A stretch of DNA of 64,000 nt from Eledone cirrhosa (GCA_964016885.1 CAXHJY010000821.1:1-64000), one strand, 5' to 3'; numbered from the stretch's first letter, positions 33,482 through 45,774 are shown. The notes: generated by a model not told the origin, from the letters alone. Numbers and translations are program-made.

Positions 33482-33850
33482 GGTGATAGCGAGGCTAAGA
33501 TGCTGGAATAAGCAAGCACCTTTGTGGGCATCACCAGATACATCAGTAAGGCCAGGTGATGGTGAGGCTAAGGTATTGGAATAAGCAAGCACCCTCGCAG
33601 GCATCACTTAGTGAGCTAGTAAGGCCAGGTGATGGTGAGGCTAAGGTATTGGAATAAGCAAGCACCTTCACAGGCATCACTTAGTGTGTTAGTAAGGCCA
33701 GGTGATGGTGAAGCTAAGGTACTGGAACTAGCAAGCACCCTCACTAGCATCACCTGGTGTGCTGGTAAGGCCAGGTGGCAGTGAGGCTAAGGTGCTGGAA
33801 CAACCAAGCACCCTCACTAGAAGTGTCATCTGATAGGTTGGTAAGGCAAG
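33482..33850. repeat. Tandem array of five 73-bp units within a dispersed repeat; single-unit relative at about 38630-38795
   Basis: Unit starts (GGTGAT; GGTGGC in unit 5) at 33482, 33555, 33628, 33701, 33774. Downstream CTC.C.AAATGTCT...TAGTTTGCT is shared with 38745-38795. Confidence 0.93.
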
Positions 33851-34863
33851 CCCCCCAACAATGACAATGACCAGGCTCTCCTAAATGTCTTGAATGCCAC
33901 AAGCTGACAAAAGTAGTTTGCTCATAATTCCTGGTATTGTTCTAAAGGTTTTCAGTAGTTTATATTTTCCAGTGAAAATTTCGACTCCTGCCAATAGACT
34001 GATACAATATCTGTCAAACTACTGACTGGAAACTGATGCAAACAAGACCTTAACATTGTAAGTATATCAAAAACATATTGAATAATTTCTATATTAATTT
34101 TAATAAACACATCAGAAGTTGTAAATGATTCTATGTATGTATGAATGCATGCATATTTATGTATGTATGTGTGTGCCTGGGGTACTAATTTTCAGAACAG
34201 GTAGAGATCCAACAGACACACCACACGCAGGCACATACATCTGTGTGGTTAAGAAGTTTGCTACATAATTGTGGCTTTGTAATCAGATATACTGAATGTG
34301 ACACCTTAGGCAAGAGTCTTCTACTTTTGCCTCAGCTAGACTAATGCCTTGTGAAATGTAATAGACAGATGTTGGACAGAAGCCCGTGTTGTGTGGGCAT
34401 TCTTATGTTTACAACTAAGCTACTTAAGTACTGGGGTCAATATGATCAGCTAAAACCATCAATGTGGTGCCCCAAGCAAGAGAATATTACACACACACAC
34501 ATATTTACTATGTTTATCCAGTTAAGAATAGGTATACTGTATTTCTACATTGTGTAAGAGGTGACTGAAAGGGTTAGCAACAGGCTGTAAAACACTACCT
34601 TAAAAAAGATCCTGTGATGGGTTGATTTAAGCCTATCTTGGACCCTTCTTAACCAAGGGAAATGTTTGTTTTGCTGCTGTATATATACATAATACACACA
34701 CACACATACATTATATAAGCAAATACACATGCTATATATATATAAACAGACACACAGCAGATCCTGTCGATTTAGTTGATGGTTATTTAATTGTTTGATC
34801 AACTGAATTTCTACATATTAAATTAACAGGAAAGTGGTTGAGTATTCTATAAAGCATGAAATG

Positions 34864-35020
34864 TTAACACAACTGTCACACCAAATCAATGTGACACAGT
34901 GTAACATTAACGCAACTGTCACACCAAATCAATGTGACACAGTGTAACATTAACACAACTGTCACACCAAATGTGACACAGTGTAACATTAACACAGCTG
35001 TCACACTAAATGTGACAAGA
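34864..35020. repeat. About four tandem 39-43-bp units expanded inside a SINE
   Basis: TTAAC(A/G)C starts at 34864, 34907, 34950, 34989; each unit has TGTCACA...TGTGACA. Confidence 0.9.
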
Positions 35021-35603
35021 CTGAACCTATGAATTACAGGCACAATTCAGAGATAGAGACAAAGAAAGTGAGATAGAGACAAAGAAATGATTCCAGGAGT
35101 GAAAAGATGACAGAGAACAGAAAAGACTACTGTTTGTTGGTGTGTTTGTATGTGTGTGTAAGTTGACAGCACATACACATACTATATATATTTTTTTTGA
35201 CTCATTGAGTTACGGCCTTTGCCATTCTGAGTTCAAATCCCACCGAGGTTAACTTTGCCTTTCATTCTTACGGGGTCGATAAAATAAAGTACCAGTAATA
35301 CACTGGATAATTGCTGGTCTTGTGCCAAAAGTAGAAACAATTATATAGATAAATGAAAACAGAAATATGGACAGAAATACACATATTACACACACACAAT
35401 ATACATATATATATATGGAACTAACTGTTGAAATGGCAAGAGCCCAGCCATTGGGATTCTGACTCATTCACATAATCACACTCTACTACCCCAAGTATTG
35501 AGTACTCTGGTGAGTAATGGCCTAACCAGTTTCTTACTGCATCCATCTTGATTTATATATGTTTATATATATAAGATCAAAAGATGGTTAAAAGAGTTCC
35601 AAG

Positions 35604-35674
35604 TATTTTATTATGCGCATTTCAAAAACAAATATCATCATGGGATGATATCTGCGTTCTCATCAGATAAAATA
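35604..35674 (-). ncRNA. Complete type I hammerhead ribozyme with palindromic stem III
   Basis: Minus strand: TATTTTAT-CTGATGA-GAAcGCAGATATCATC ccat GATGATATTTGTTTTT-GAAA-TGCGCA-TA-ATAAAATA. Perfect 8-bp stem I; predicted cut between 35612 and 35611. Confidence 0.88.
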
Positions 35675-36404
35675 GGGAGACATGATATGAAGCTTAAAAA
35701 ACACTTGTGAATAGTGAAATTTTAAATCATACTTGGAATAAAATAAAATACTTGGAACTCTTTTAACCATCTTTTGATCTCATATTATTTATACTCCGGT
35801 CCTACAAACTGTAGAGTGCTACTTATCCGATATTTGCATTGCTTTATTGTGCTACAATAAAACTCACCTCCTACATATATATATATATATTAATTAAAAT
35901 AACAGAATTAAACTCAGAAGATCCTGTTAAGGGTGAAAGCAGCGATTCTTTGCTTAAACTTTAATCTGTTATTTTAATAAATATTTGCTCTACGGTTCTT
36001 ATATATTTGATATATATTTATCCTTATCGAGCCCTCTTTGGAATTTAGTCTTCAAATTTATTATTATTACTATATATCATCATCATCATCATCATCAACG
36101 TTTAACGTCCGTGTTCCACGCTTGCATGGGTTTGGACGGGGGTAGTCCCACTTGAGGCAAGAGTGATTGTCTTGCTCGCATAGGACTGTCTGGCAGGTTT
36201 TCTACAGTTGGATGCCCTTCCTAACACCATATATATATATATGTGTATATATATATACGTGTATAGTTGATTGGAGTGTAACGTTTAGTTACTATTGATT
36301 CATCAATTTGAGCACTCAATGTTAATATGGATCCAGTTGCTGATGTGGTATTCTATGTTTGGTGTTTCACTGCGGTTGTTATACATAAGAGGCAGAGTGT
36401 TAAT

Positions 36405-36593
36405 AATAATTGTTTCTACTTTTTGGCACAAGGCCAGCAATTACCCAGTGCATTACTGGTACTTTATTTTATCCACCCCGTAAGGATGAAAGGCAAAGTT
36501 AACCTCGGCGGGATTTGAACTCAGAATGGCAAGGGCCGTAACTCTTTGTGTCAAAGCATGGCATCCGACCCTCTACCGATACTGCCAATCCAC
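36405..36593 (-). mobile_element. About 190-bp tRNA-derived SINE; copies at 35198-35343, 42408-42516, 47752-47930 (-), 51388-51578, 60930-61095, 61110-61325
   Basis: GAGTTCAAATCCCGCCGAGGTTGACTTTGCCTTTCATCCTTACGGGGTCGATAAAATAAAGTACCAG...GGCCTTGTGCCTAAAGTAGAAACAATTATT recurs. Confidence 0.9.
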
Positions 36594-37494
36594 CTAATAA
36601 TAATAAGGAGCAATAATGAAGTATCAATATAGCATTATTATGTGTATTCACATGTGACATGATCAATACAAGTCATACCTTGAGCACATGTAAATAAACA
36701 ATGATGCTATATTGATACTTCGTTCATGCTCCTTATTTTACACACACACACACACACGCGTGTGTCTTGATTTGGATTAAAGTTTGAAAAGAAGCAGTGT
36801 AGTCAAGTGTGTGTGATCCAACTTTTATATGTTCTGATCTAACTCTTCCCTAATAGCCTACTTCCCTTAAAAATCCAAGAAATCAAGTTAATAATGAGAA
36901 GCAGGGTACTATTTCACCTTGATGATGGTTGCAGGCAGCAAAACTCCTACTACTTTGACCACTTGCAAAGAAATATTACTCAAGTTAAAGAAAGACAGGA
37001 TGTCCCTTTTAATGGTTCTCCTGACCTCAATTTTTAACATAAACCACATGAATTTGATTGGGTCTAAAGTAGGTAAGGTGGGAGAGGCCAAGATAAATGA
37101 AAAATAGGGAGGGACACTTAGAAAAGTGGGAAAGGTGATGGTGGTGGCTGTGGTGGGAGGGGCTGTAAAAGTAGAAAGTGGAAATAAAAAAAAAAAAAGA
37201 TTGCAAGAAAACAAAAAGAAATGAAACAAAAACATCCTGAAATGTCAAATATTATCATCATGAGTAGCAATGTGAAGATTCCAGTGAAAGAATTTAGTGA
37301 GTATTTCATAATGAAACCATGTCAACTATTGAAGTGACAATGAAATCAGCTATTCACAAGCTAGCTTTAACTCCCATGACAATTACAATAACAGAAATTT
37401 GAAGACCTACATTTATTTATCTGCATACATAGTGATGATGATATATGTCTGTCTGTCTGTCTGTGCATGTGTTTGGGGTGTGGGGGTGTATATA

Positions 37495-37842
37495 TCATCA
37501 TTTCATTTTCATTTCATTTTACGTCCACTTTTCCCTGCTTGCAAGGGTGGGACGGGAACTGATTCTGGCTTGATTTCTACAGCTGGATGCCCTTCCTAAC
37601 ACCAACCTCATTTACAGTGAGTACTGGGTGCTTTTTTTTTGCCGTAGCACCTCCACGGCCACTTTGCAGTGGAATGATATGGACCCCAGTCCCTACCATC
37701 TCATTTCTACAGCTGAGTAAACTGGAGCAATGTGAAATAAAGTGTCTTGCTCAAGGAAACAACACATCACCCGGTCTGAGAATTGAACTCACAACCTTTC
37801 GATTGCAAGCCCAATGCTCTAACCACTAAGCCATGTGCCTCC
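37495..37842 (-). mobile_element. Full-length tRNA-derived SINE, inverted near-identical copy of 29392-29738
   Basis: Reverse complement aligns end to end. Confidence 0.9.
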
Positions 37843-37896
37843 ATATATATATATATATACATACATACATACATATATATATACACACACACACCC

Positions 37897-37933
<37 letters not shown>

Positions 37934-38139
37934 TGCATAATAATGATAAAAAGGACGAGGTGTTAGATATTCATTACATTTATTGAGGTCTGACACACAT
38001 TTCGCAATTGACCAGCATGCACATATGTATGTGTGTGTATATATATATATGCATATATTTTGTTTAATCCATCTTGTCTTTCAGTCGCATGTTTCACAGA
38101 AAGACAATATATATATATATATATATACATACAAATATA

Positions 38140-38326
38140 TAGTTAAGGAACTAACCACAGTTGAATAAGGTACTCAATACGTTAGTAGAGAATAAGGATA
38201 CTTATTATATAGAAATGACTTCTACAGGTCTAGAACTGCTTCATTCATATGAAATCATCGAGAATGTCCCAGTGATTTCATATGGATGAAACAGCTCTAG
38301 TCCTGTAAAAGTTATTTCTATATGAT
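38140..38326. mobile_element. Fold-back island with eroded hammerhead-like arms
   Basis: About 52-bp inverted arms (38205-38257 and 38273-38325). The arm reads TGA-TTTC atat GGAT-GAAA-C agctcta G-TC; TATTGAGTAC lies on the long arm. Confidence 0.5.
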
Positions 38327-38924
38327 ATATATATTATGAATAATACATAGGAAACATAAAAACTAGCACAACCTTAGATTTCATGGGCTGACTAAATTGC
38401 ATGATTGCACTCGGTATTGAGTCAACCCTTCTTTTGAGAAAAGGGAGAAAATAAATCCTCTATTCATTCTGAAGAAATAAAGAGGTAGGAAGGAAAGAAA
38501 AGAAACCCAAGATTCACCTGTGCCTTTAAATAGAAATGAAAATATCAGATTTCAATTTTATTTCATTAAGTAAAAAAGTAGAAGACATGCGCTCTCAATT
38601 ACATGCCAATACACTGGCAGCATGACTGTGGGTGATAGCGTGGCTAGGGCACTGGAATAATTGAGCACCCTCATGAGCATCATATTATATATCAGTAAGG
38701 CAAGCCACCAACAACAGCAAGAACCTCATTATCAGTGACCCAGATCTCCCAAATGTCTCAACTAACACAGGTTTAAAAAAAAATAGTTTGCTGATCTAAG
38801 GAGAATTAAATCAAATCTAATAGAAAGCGAAAAAACAATAACAATACACTGTTCAAAATACCACAAGACAGACAAATGATATTAAATATATATACAAGCA
38901 ACCATACTATATATGAATATATAC

Positions 38925-39085
38925 AAGCTGGGTTTAAGAGGAATCCAAGGTGGTGTGCAGGAGAGAAGACTGTATTGGTATGGACATATGATGTGAGTGG
39001 ATAATGATTGTTGGGTGGGAAAGTGCCAGGAAATGCCATTGGAAGTAAGCTGCACTCGAGGTAGACCAAGAAACACCAGAGGTGA
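38925..39085 (+). mobile_element. Old RTE C-terminal fragment
   Basis: KLGLRGIQGGVQERRLYWYGHMM*..CWVGKCQEMPLE...RGRPR. Confidence 0.75.
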
Positions 39086-39109
39086 GCTGCAGAAAAGCCT
39101 GTCTCACAA

Positions 39110-40425
39110 ACAGCCTGAAATTATCTAAAGTATCCCTCTTGTTCTTGTCTTTCCTCATCAGCGTTATTATGGTCTGGCTCACAGAACTGGGAATAGTCCT
39201 GTGCTGTTGCAGTAGACTGCTTTGCAGAGACTGGCATTTCTACGTAAAATTTGTAGGCAGACCATCCAAACCAGGTGACTTGCACCTCATGCAACCGACC
39301 AGGGAATCCTGAATTTTGGTTGATGTTATTGGCCTTTTGAAGCATTCAAGCATCAGTTGGGAAGAGTCACAGGAAGCCACCAAGGTAGGAAATGATCTGC
39401 CACCTTCTCTGACACCACACCTTTCCTGAAAGTGGAATAAAGTGCTGGCAAAAGATGACACGCATCTACCTGGAATTGTTCATCTTGGTCTGTCAAAGAT
39501 TGAATCGTGGTTTTACCATGCTGTGCTTCTGCCACAAGAGCCCATTGAACAGCTTTCATTCCCTTGCTTCTTGGTCTAATGCCATTCTCGCCATTATATG
39601 TCTGTTACAATGCTGCTTCCAATCACCTTGTCTAATTCATCTACCAGCTGTCCCTCCTTTAAATTTGTTCATAGCTCTATACTTCTTTATTAAAGCCTAT
39701 TGACATTACTCTAATCTCTCTCTTGAGAGCCCCACCACCACCTATTGTTGACGACCACCCTTGTCAACTTACACTTAACTAAAGTGGTGACCCGGTTCTG
39801 TAAGCTTTATGTGCCAGGACCGACATGTTCAGCTTCAAGAAACCAGGTCCTAACTTACTTGTCCCATCTAGGTCGACCATGCAGATCACAAATTTGTGAT
39901 CTGAATAAGTGACTGCTTGAAAATGTGGACAACTTATACTATCCTTATCTACTGACCTAATAAAATACCTGTCTATATATGATCTAGATGACCCTATGTG
40001 GTTGATCCAGGTCTATATTGGCACATTAGGGTAATCTACTTGGTAACTGTCAGACAGTTGGAACTAGCTGATCAGGTATTTGAGGCTTTTGCACCCCCCA
40101 CGCCTATTAGCTATTTCCACATAATCCCAGCATGTGTCTTAGATGCTGTTCCAGTCCCCTGCTAACAGTAAAGGGCGAGATGTTGCCAGAAAAGCTGCCA
40201 GGCACCTAAAGAATTGGGCCGTCCAGCCCTAGTTAGGGCGTAGGCACCACCTTCCCTATTGCTCACATCCAGGACCACCAAATTACCCTCTGGATCCAGG
40301 AAGATAGACCATACCCCTACCAACATCCTGGCCTTTCCTAAACAACATTTTCACCCTACCTCCCATTCCTGGCTGACTAAGAGATGTGGTCTCACTGACG
40401 GTAGTTACATACATATCTAGTGACC
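39110..40425 (-). mobile_element. Degenerate L1/Tx1-clade ORF2 fragment (APE endonuclease to start of RT)
   Basis: Minus strand: LDPEGNLVVLDV..AYAP..LLLAGDWN..TWIN..SRSYIDR..YSDHK..GPGFLKLN, then KSPGLDGLP and ITLMRKDKNKRDTLDNFR, with many stops and frameshifts. Confidence 0.85.
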
Positions 40426-42168
40426 TGAAGACACACACACACAATTAATTGTTGCAAAGTTTTTATCTTTCATCAACTGAGTGTCAAATTTAGGTTAATC
40501 AAGATCTTGTAATAAGGCCATTTGAGTTATTTCCCTTAGCTCACATTATATATGTATAATATTTTATGTCAATAGAATATATACATAGAATAAACAATTT
40601 ATATAAAAAGGAAATAAAATGTATTGGCTTGATTAAAGAAATATTAGAGGGAAACTTCAGCTCCCTCCACTTCTGATGCGTGACTAAGTGTGTATGTCTT
40701 CTCTCACTTTTTTCTCCTCTTATATTTTAATATTTAAAAAAAATATAAATTGTCTTTATTTTTCATTTAAACTATACATGTATACATTTAATTTTATAAT
40801 TTAGTCTCTGGAGAAGAGGTAGTACCAACAGTCATTCTAAGTTCCTTCATATAAGGAAGGTTGATATATTCAGCTTAAACTTTTGCACATTTTGTAGAAA
40901 AACAAAAAGGGACAGCTAGTTTCAGATAATTGTGATTTTGGGGGACATGTTTTATATAGAAAAGGTAACAATAAATGGAGAGGCAGAAACATATTTGCTA
41001 TAAATCACTCCGGAAGATAAGATGCCTTTCCATTTTAATTTTGAAGGTGTGACATATATAGAAGTAACTATTTGTGAAGTTATTTTTTGCTTCCAATAAA
41101 TATAACTCAACTTTCTGTATGAATACTCTGGAGTATATATTGTGTAAATATGATAAGTACAAACATATGTATATATATATATATATATACATATATGAGT
41201 TTGTACATATATAAGTGTATTAATATATGTCTGTGTATATATATATATATATATACAATCTAGCTTGAGAGATTATTCTCAGTACTTTGGTTATGATAGG
41301 TGAAGATGCTTAGAACAACTCTGAGAAATGAAGTTTGTAAACTAAACTATGCACAACCTTACACTAGCATAGTAAATTATTGGTATATAGGTGTCCAACA
41401 ATGAAACAACTGCCCTTTTTTTCTGATGAGATCAAAGATAATGATGATTATCATGGTGATGAAGAAGAGAAGAACATGTGTTCATTCCACTGTGGGATAA
41501 ATTTAAGCTGCTTACAGTATGAACAACAAACAGCTCACAGTGATCATGTTTCTGAATTCTGAAGGGAAAGTTTAGTCCTCTCCTCCTGATGTATCTCTCA
41601 TTATTCTCATCATCAAATGTGAAAGAGATGAAAGATCTCTCAGACTTTCAACTATTAGTGTATCTGTGTTCTACATTTTCTGAGAATTAACTTTTCGATT
41701 AGCACTGAGTGACCTGAGCCTGCAGGCTATCTACTCTTACATTATGGTTCTAACTGCTCTTAGTATTAAACTTTACTTCTTTTCCTTTTATTTCTAAAAT
41801 TAAGTCTTTACATCTATGCCAGAGACATTTTAAACATTATTTCATTAATGATGGGGTGAGGGGTGCTGAGATTTTTTAAAAGTTCAAATAAAAAAAACTG
41901 TCAGTTGAAAGAAATTTAATAAGACAATATATTTAACCCTTTAATGTTCAAACTGGCCAGAATTCTCTACCTCTTTCTGATGTTAAGGTATTGTTCTCAA
42001 AATAAATACTTTCAAAATCTCATAGATTCGATATTATGTGAGATAATCATGCGAGGTAAAGCTTTTACCATGAAAATATAATAGTATATATAGAAGAATG
42101 TGAATACTAAAGGGTTAAAATGAAAAACTATGTATGTGCCATGATGATGATATATGCACATACACACA

Positions 42169-42216
<48 letters not shown>

Positions 42217-43852
42217 GCTGTCAGTACATTCAGGATATTCAAAGAGAACACAGCCAATCCAATCTCATCTGGCTTCTATACTTCATTAACAGGTAATATG
42301 GTAATATTGTTTTTATACGGTTTGCTCAATATGTTTTCTTAATAGTGTAACCTAGTTGAAGGAAGATCAACAGATTTCCCCTCTGACTATGATTTATTAT
42401 TATTATAATCCCACTGAGGTTAACTCTGCCTTTCATCCTTACAGGGTCGATAAAATAAAGTACCAGTAATACACTGAGATAATTGCTGGCCTTGTGCCAA
42501 AAGTAGAAACAATTATTATTATTATTATTATCATTATTATTATTATAAAAACTAAAAGCCTATATACTTCTTATGAATCAGATATGCCTTTTCGACCATC
42601 CTTTCAGTATAGAGAAAATAACTTCTCATATAATTAATGGGTCAGGAACTGATATGCAAAGGAATTTAATTGCAATAAGATCCAGCAAGTTAATTCTGAA
42701 TGTGTTGAGCTCCAAAGATGGATGGTATAAGGTGGAGGCAATCCTATTTATTAACTTTCCTGACCATTTATAAAGTAAGCTACAAATTAATGTTTCGACA
42801 AGTAGCAAGTGACTGAATAGTTTACACATGTACAATGTAAGGGAAATGATAGAGCTACTGATATGGCTTCTGGAACCCTTTCATTGCCCTATTTCTAATG
42901 AAAGACACTGACTATGAATTTCAATTAATTTTGAATATCAACAATTTGGAGGAATTTAGGACTATAACTTTTGTACTATCAAGATGATGTTTGGAACACA
43001 AATTAAAGGATCTTACCAAAAATGATGACTAGTTTTTAGATATATATAAACACTTAAAAAAACAAACAGTTCTGTATTGTAGAAACAGGGCTAGCTTCAA
43101 GTAATTTGGTATTGAAAGAGTTAAGGGAGGACAGTGTGTAAAATTTCCCAGCTAAAATGTGTCACAATAAAAGAAGAATGATAATAAAAAAGTTTAATGA
43201 TGTTAATGTTGCATTTGGAATTAAATCAACGAAGGATGAAATGGGAATAAGGATTCATCACAAGTTGTAAATATGCATTTGGCCTGAAGAGCTCGTTAGC
43301 ATGGAAATATTATTTGCATGTTTGATGATGTGTTATAGATTTAGAAAACCAAAAGAAAGCTCATTAGTTATAACTGGATAATGCAGTCTATATGTTGATA
43401 TAAGTTTATTTGTACACAGAGCCACTAGACATCCTAAATAAACAATAATTACTTTCTAATTAGTTTGAGGGTTTTAAAGTCATTAGTGTTTCATGACATA
43501 TCATGAGAATTAGATATCACACGCATTAAGGTTATCTAAGTGAAATAAAATTTGAAGCAAAGTTATTAGTCTAGATGCTAGACTATCAAAATTGCTAAGT
43601 GCCAACTAAATTTGAAATGATGAGTAAACTTAAACCTAAATTTCTGCATAACCTGAATGACTCTTTTCAATCAGACATTCTTATGAATATTTTAGAGTTT
43701 ACCTTTCTTCTGAAATAGATCTATTTATGGGGCCAGAAGGTCAGGTTGGAAAATTGTGGATCATATGGAAATACTTTAGCAGTATGTATATCTGTATGTA
43801 TATCTTTGTATGATCACCAATCAAAACTATGTAAAGCTTTCGTTGATTTAGC

Positions 43853-44773
43853 TCTTAACATCCTTTACCACATGAAACCATATTAGCAAGACATTCTTGA
43901 AAACTACAAAAGAGAACTATGACTGCATTACATTAACAATTAATGTCATTACTTTAGTTGACTGTAGATTTTCACAGTATTCTTTTCACTAGTAGATGAT
44001 ACTATAAACATGAGAATTAACAAATCTATTGTTACATATCTTCTGCTAAATCATTGCAGAATCTTAATTCAGGTGGGGAATAACTGGTTTCATCCTTAAA
44101 TATATATATTGCATCCATTTAAAAGAATATAGCATCTTACTGTTAGTCACAACTCATGTGATTTCTATTAATTGGTTTGTATAAGCTTCACCAAGAACTG
44201 CTTTACAGCTTTCATTATTCAATCGATTTGTTTTGAAGTCCCTCTTCACTCTCTAGGGTATGATTCTTTCCATTATAGAGATTTATAATGATAATAACTT
44301 GTCAGACATCAGGGATAACACCCTTGTGTATTAATCAAATTAGTTGTTTAAATAATTAGCTCCAAGATTACCCAAAGCTTTTATCAATTTGGCTATATCA
44401 TTTAACTCTGAATATCCTGCAATGATTTAGAAAAAACTATCTAAAAATGGTTTTATTACTTCAAATGTCTATAATATCTTTACTAGTGGACAGATTGATG
44501 TGAAACTTTGCAGTGAACTAAAGTCAAGACTTTAATATGTATGTGATGCAGTCATAGTAATGTTTTATATCTTTTAAGAGAGTCTTGTTAATGTGGTTTC
44601 ATATGGTTTAATTCAAATGTTTATAACTTTACTAGTTGACAGATTGTTATAAGAATTTGCAATATTAGAGTAAAGACTTTAATTTTTAATGTGATGGAGT
44701 CATAGTGTGGTTTTGTCCTTTTCAAGAATCCCTTGTTAATATGGTTTCATGCAGTACAGGACATTAAGTGTTA
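43853..44773. mobile_element. Two oppositely oriented copies of a third AT-rich MITE-like family; relatives near 20170-20242 and 61790-62174
   Basis: 43853-44090 is reverse-complement-similar to 44402-44773 (GAAACCATATTAGCAAGAC / CTTGTTAATATGGTTTC; CTAAATCATTGCAG / CTGCAATGATTTAG). Confidence 0.55.
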
Positions 44774-45139
44774 CTGGCCTTGAGGATGACTTTATCAGTT
44801 TTCACCTTCATATGATCCTTGCTTACCAATCTGTAAGATTGGTCTGTCGATGGAGCCAACATACAAAAAGAAGAGTTTTCTATTCTAACTCAGTGTTTTT
44901 TATACAACAGAATTTCTCAGCCTTATTCATGTCACCAGCTCTTCAACTTTTATGGCGATTATATAACTGTATATATACTTTCTCAAAGTTATATGAAATG
45001 TTTACTTTTCAAGGAAACATTAGTATAGAGAAAGTATATGAAAATAATATATCAAAATTGTTTTTTACATTAACATTAAAACTAGAGCATATATGTATTT
45101 TAATAAAATGAATTAGAGAATGTACGTGTATATATATAT

Positions 45140-45415
45140 ATATAATATATTTAGATTATGATGATGATTATATATATATATATATATTTAGATTATGATG
45201 ATGATACACACACACATCATTTTTTTATGTATATTTTTTTTATATATATATATATATTATATATATATATTATATATTTAGATTATGATGATGATTATAT
45301 ATATATATATAATATATTTAGATTATGATGATGATTATATATATATAATATATTTAGATTATGATGATATATATATATATATATAATATATTTAGATTAT
45401 GATGATGATACACAC
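45140..45415. repeat. Minisatellite ATATATTTAGATTATGATGATGAT-(TA)n, about six units
   Basis: Directly visible. Confidence 0.9.
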
Positions 45416-45664
45416 ACATATATATATATATATATATCAAAAGCTATTTATTAAGATATCAGGTGTGAACTTGTCAGTCACAGAGTTTCCTAACTAATAG
45501 AATACAAAATAAGATATTTTCTTTTCTAATATTTAGTGATAGTTTCAGAAGATTTTCACATATATAAAGCATATAACTAATAACCTAAAAGATAGTAGAG
45601 TATATATTATTATAAGAATGAGACAGTATTGAATGTTTGACCGAGGCAGAAAGGACCTCCTTAC

Positions 45665-45774
45665 CTTCACAAGGCATGATCTCCAAAACAAAACATTTTG
45701 AGAAGTTACGTAATCCATTAAGCTATGAATCTTGAAAAGTTCACGACTTACCTAAAAAAAAAAAAAAAAAAAAA
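45665..45774 (-). promoter_or_regulatory. Candidate recursive splice site with an 87-nt RS-exon
   Basis: Minus strand T21-AG|GTAAGT (junction 45752/45751); downstream donor AAG|GTAAGG at 45665/45664. Confidence 0.5.

Noticed and set aside
33482-33850. CRISPR array or tRNA cluster
   Set aside because: Units are contiguous homologous repeats without unique spacers; no cas genes, cloverleaf or B box.
38638-38680. Resemblance of CGTGGCTAGGGCAC to a pistol ribozyme 5' end
   Set aside because: The other pistol elements are absent and the motif is not kept in the five homologous 73-bp units.
41423-41470. CTGATGA followed by a hairpin
   Set aside because: Followed by GAAG with no stem III/NUH or stem I; context is GAT/GAA-rich low complexity.
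43270-43322. CTGAAGA-GCT cgtt AGC-atg-GAAA hammerhead-like string
   Set aside because: Extra bases before GAAA, no proper stem I, and not in a TA island.
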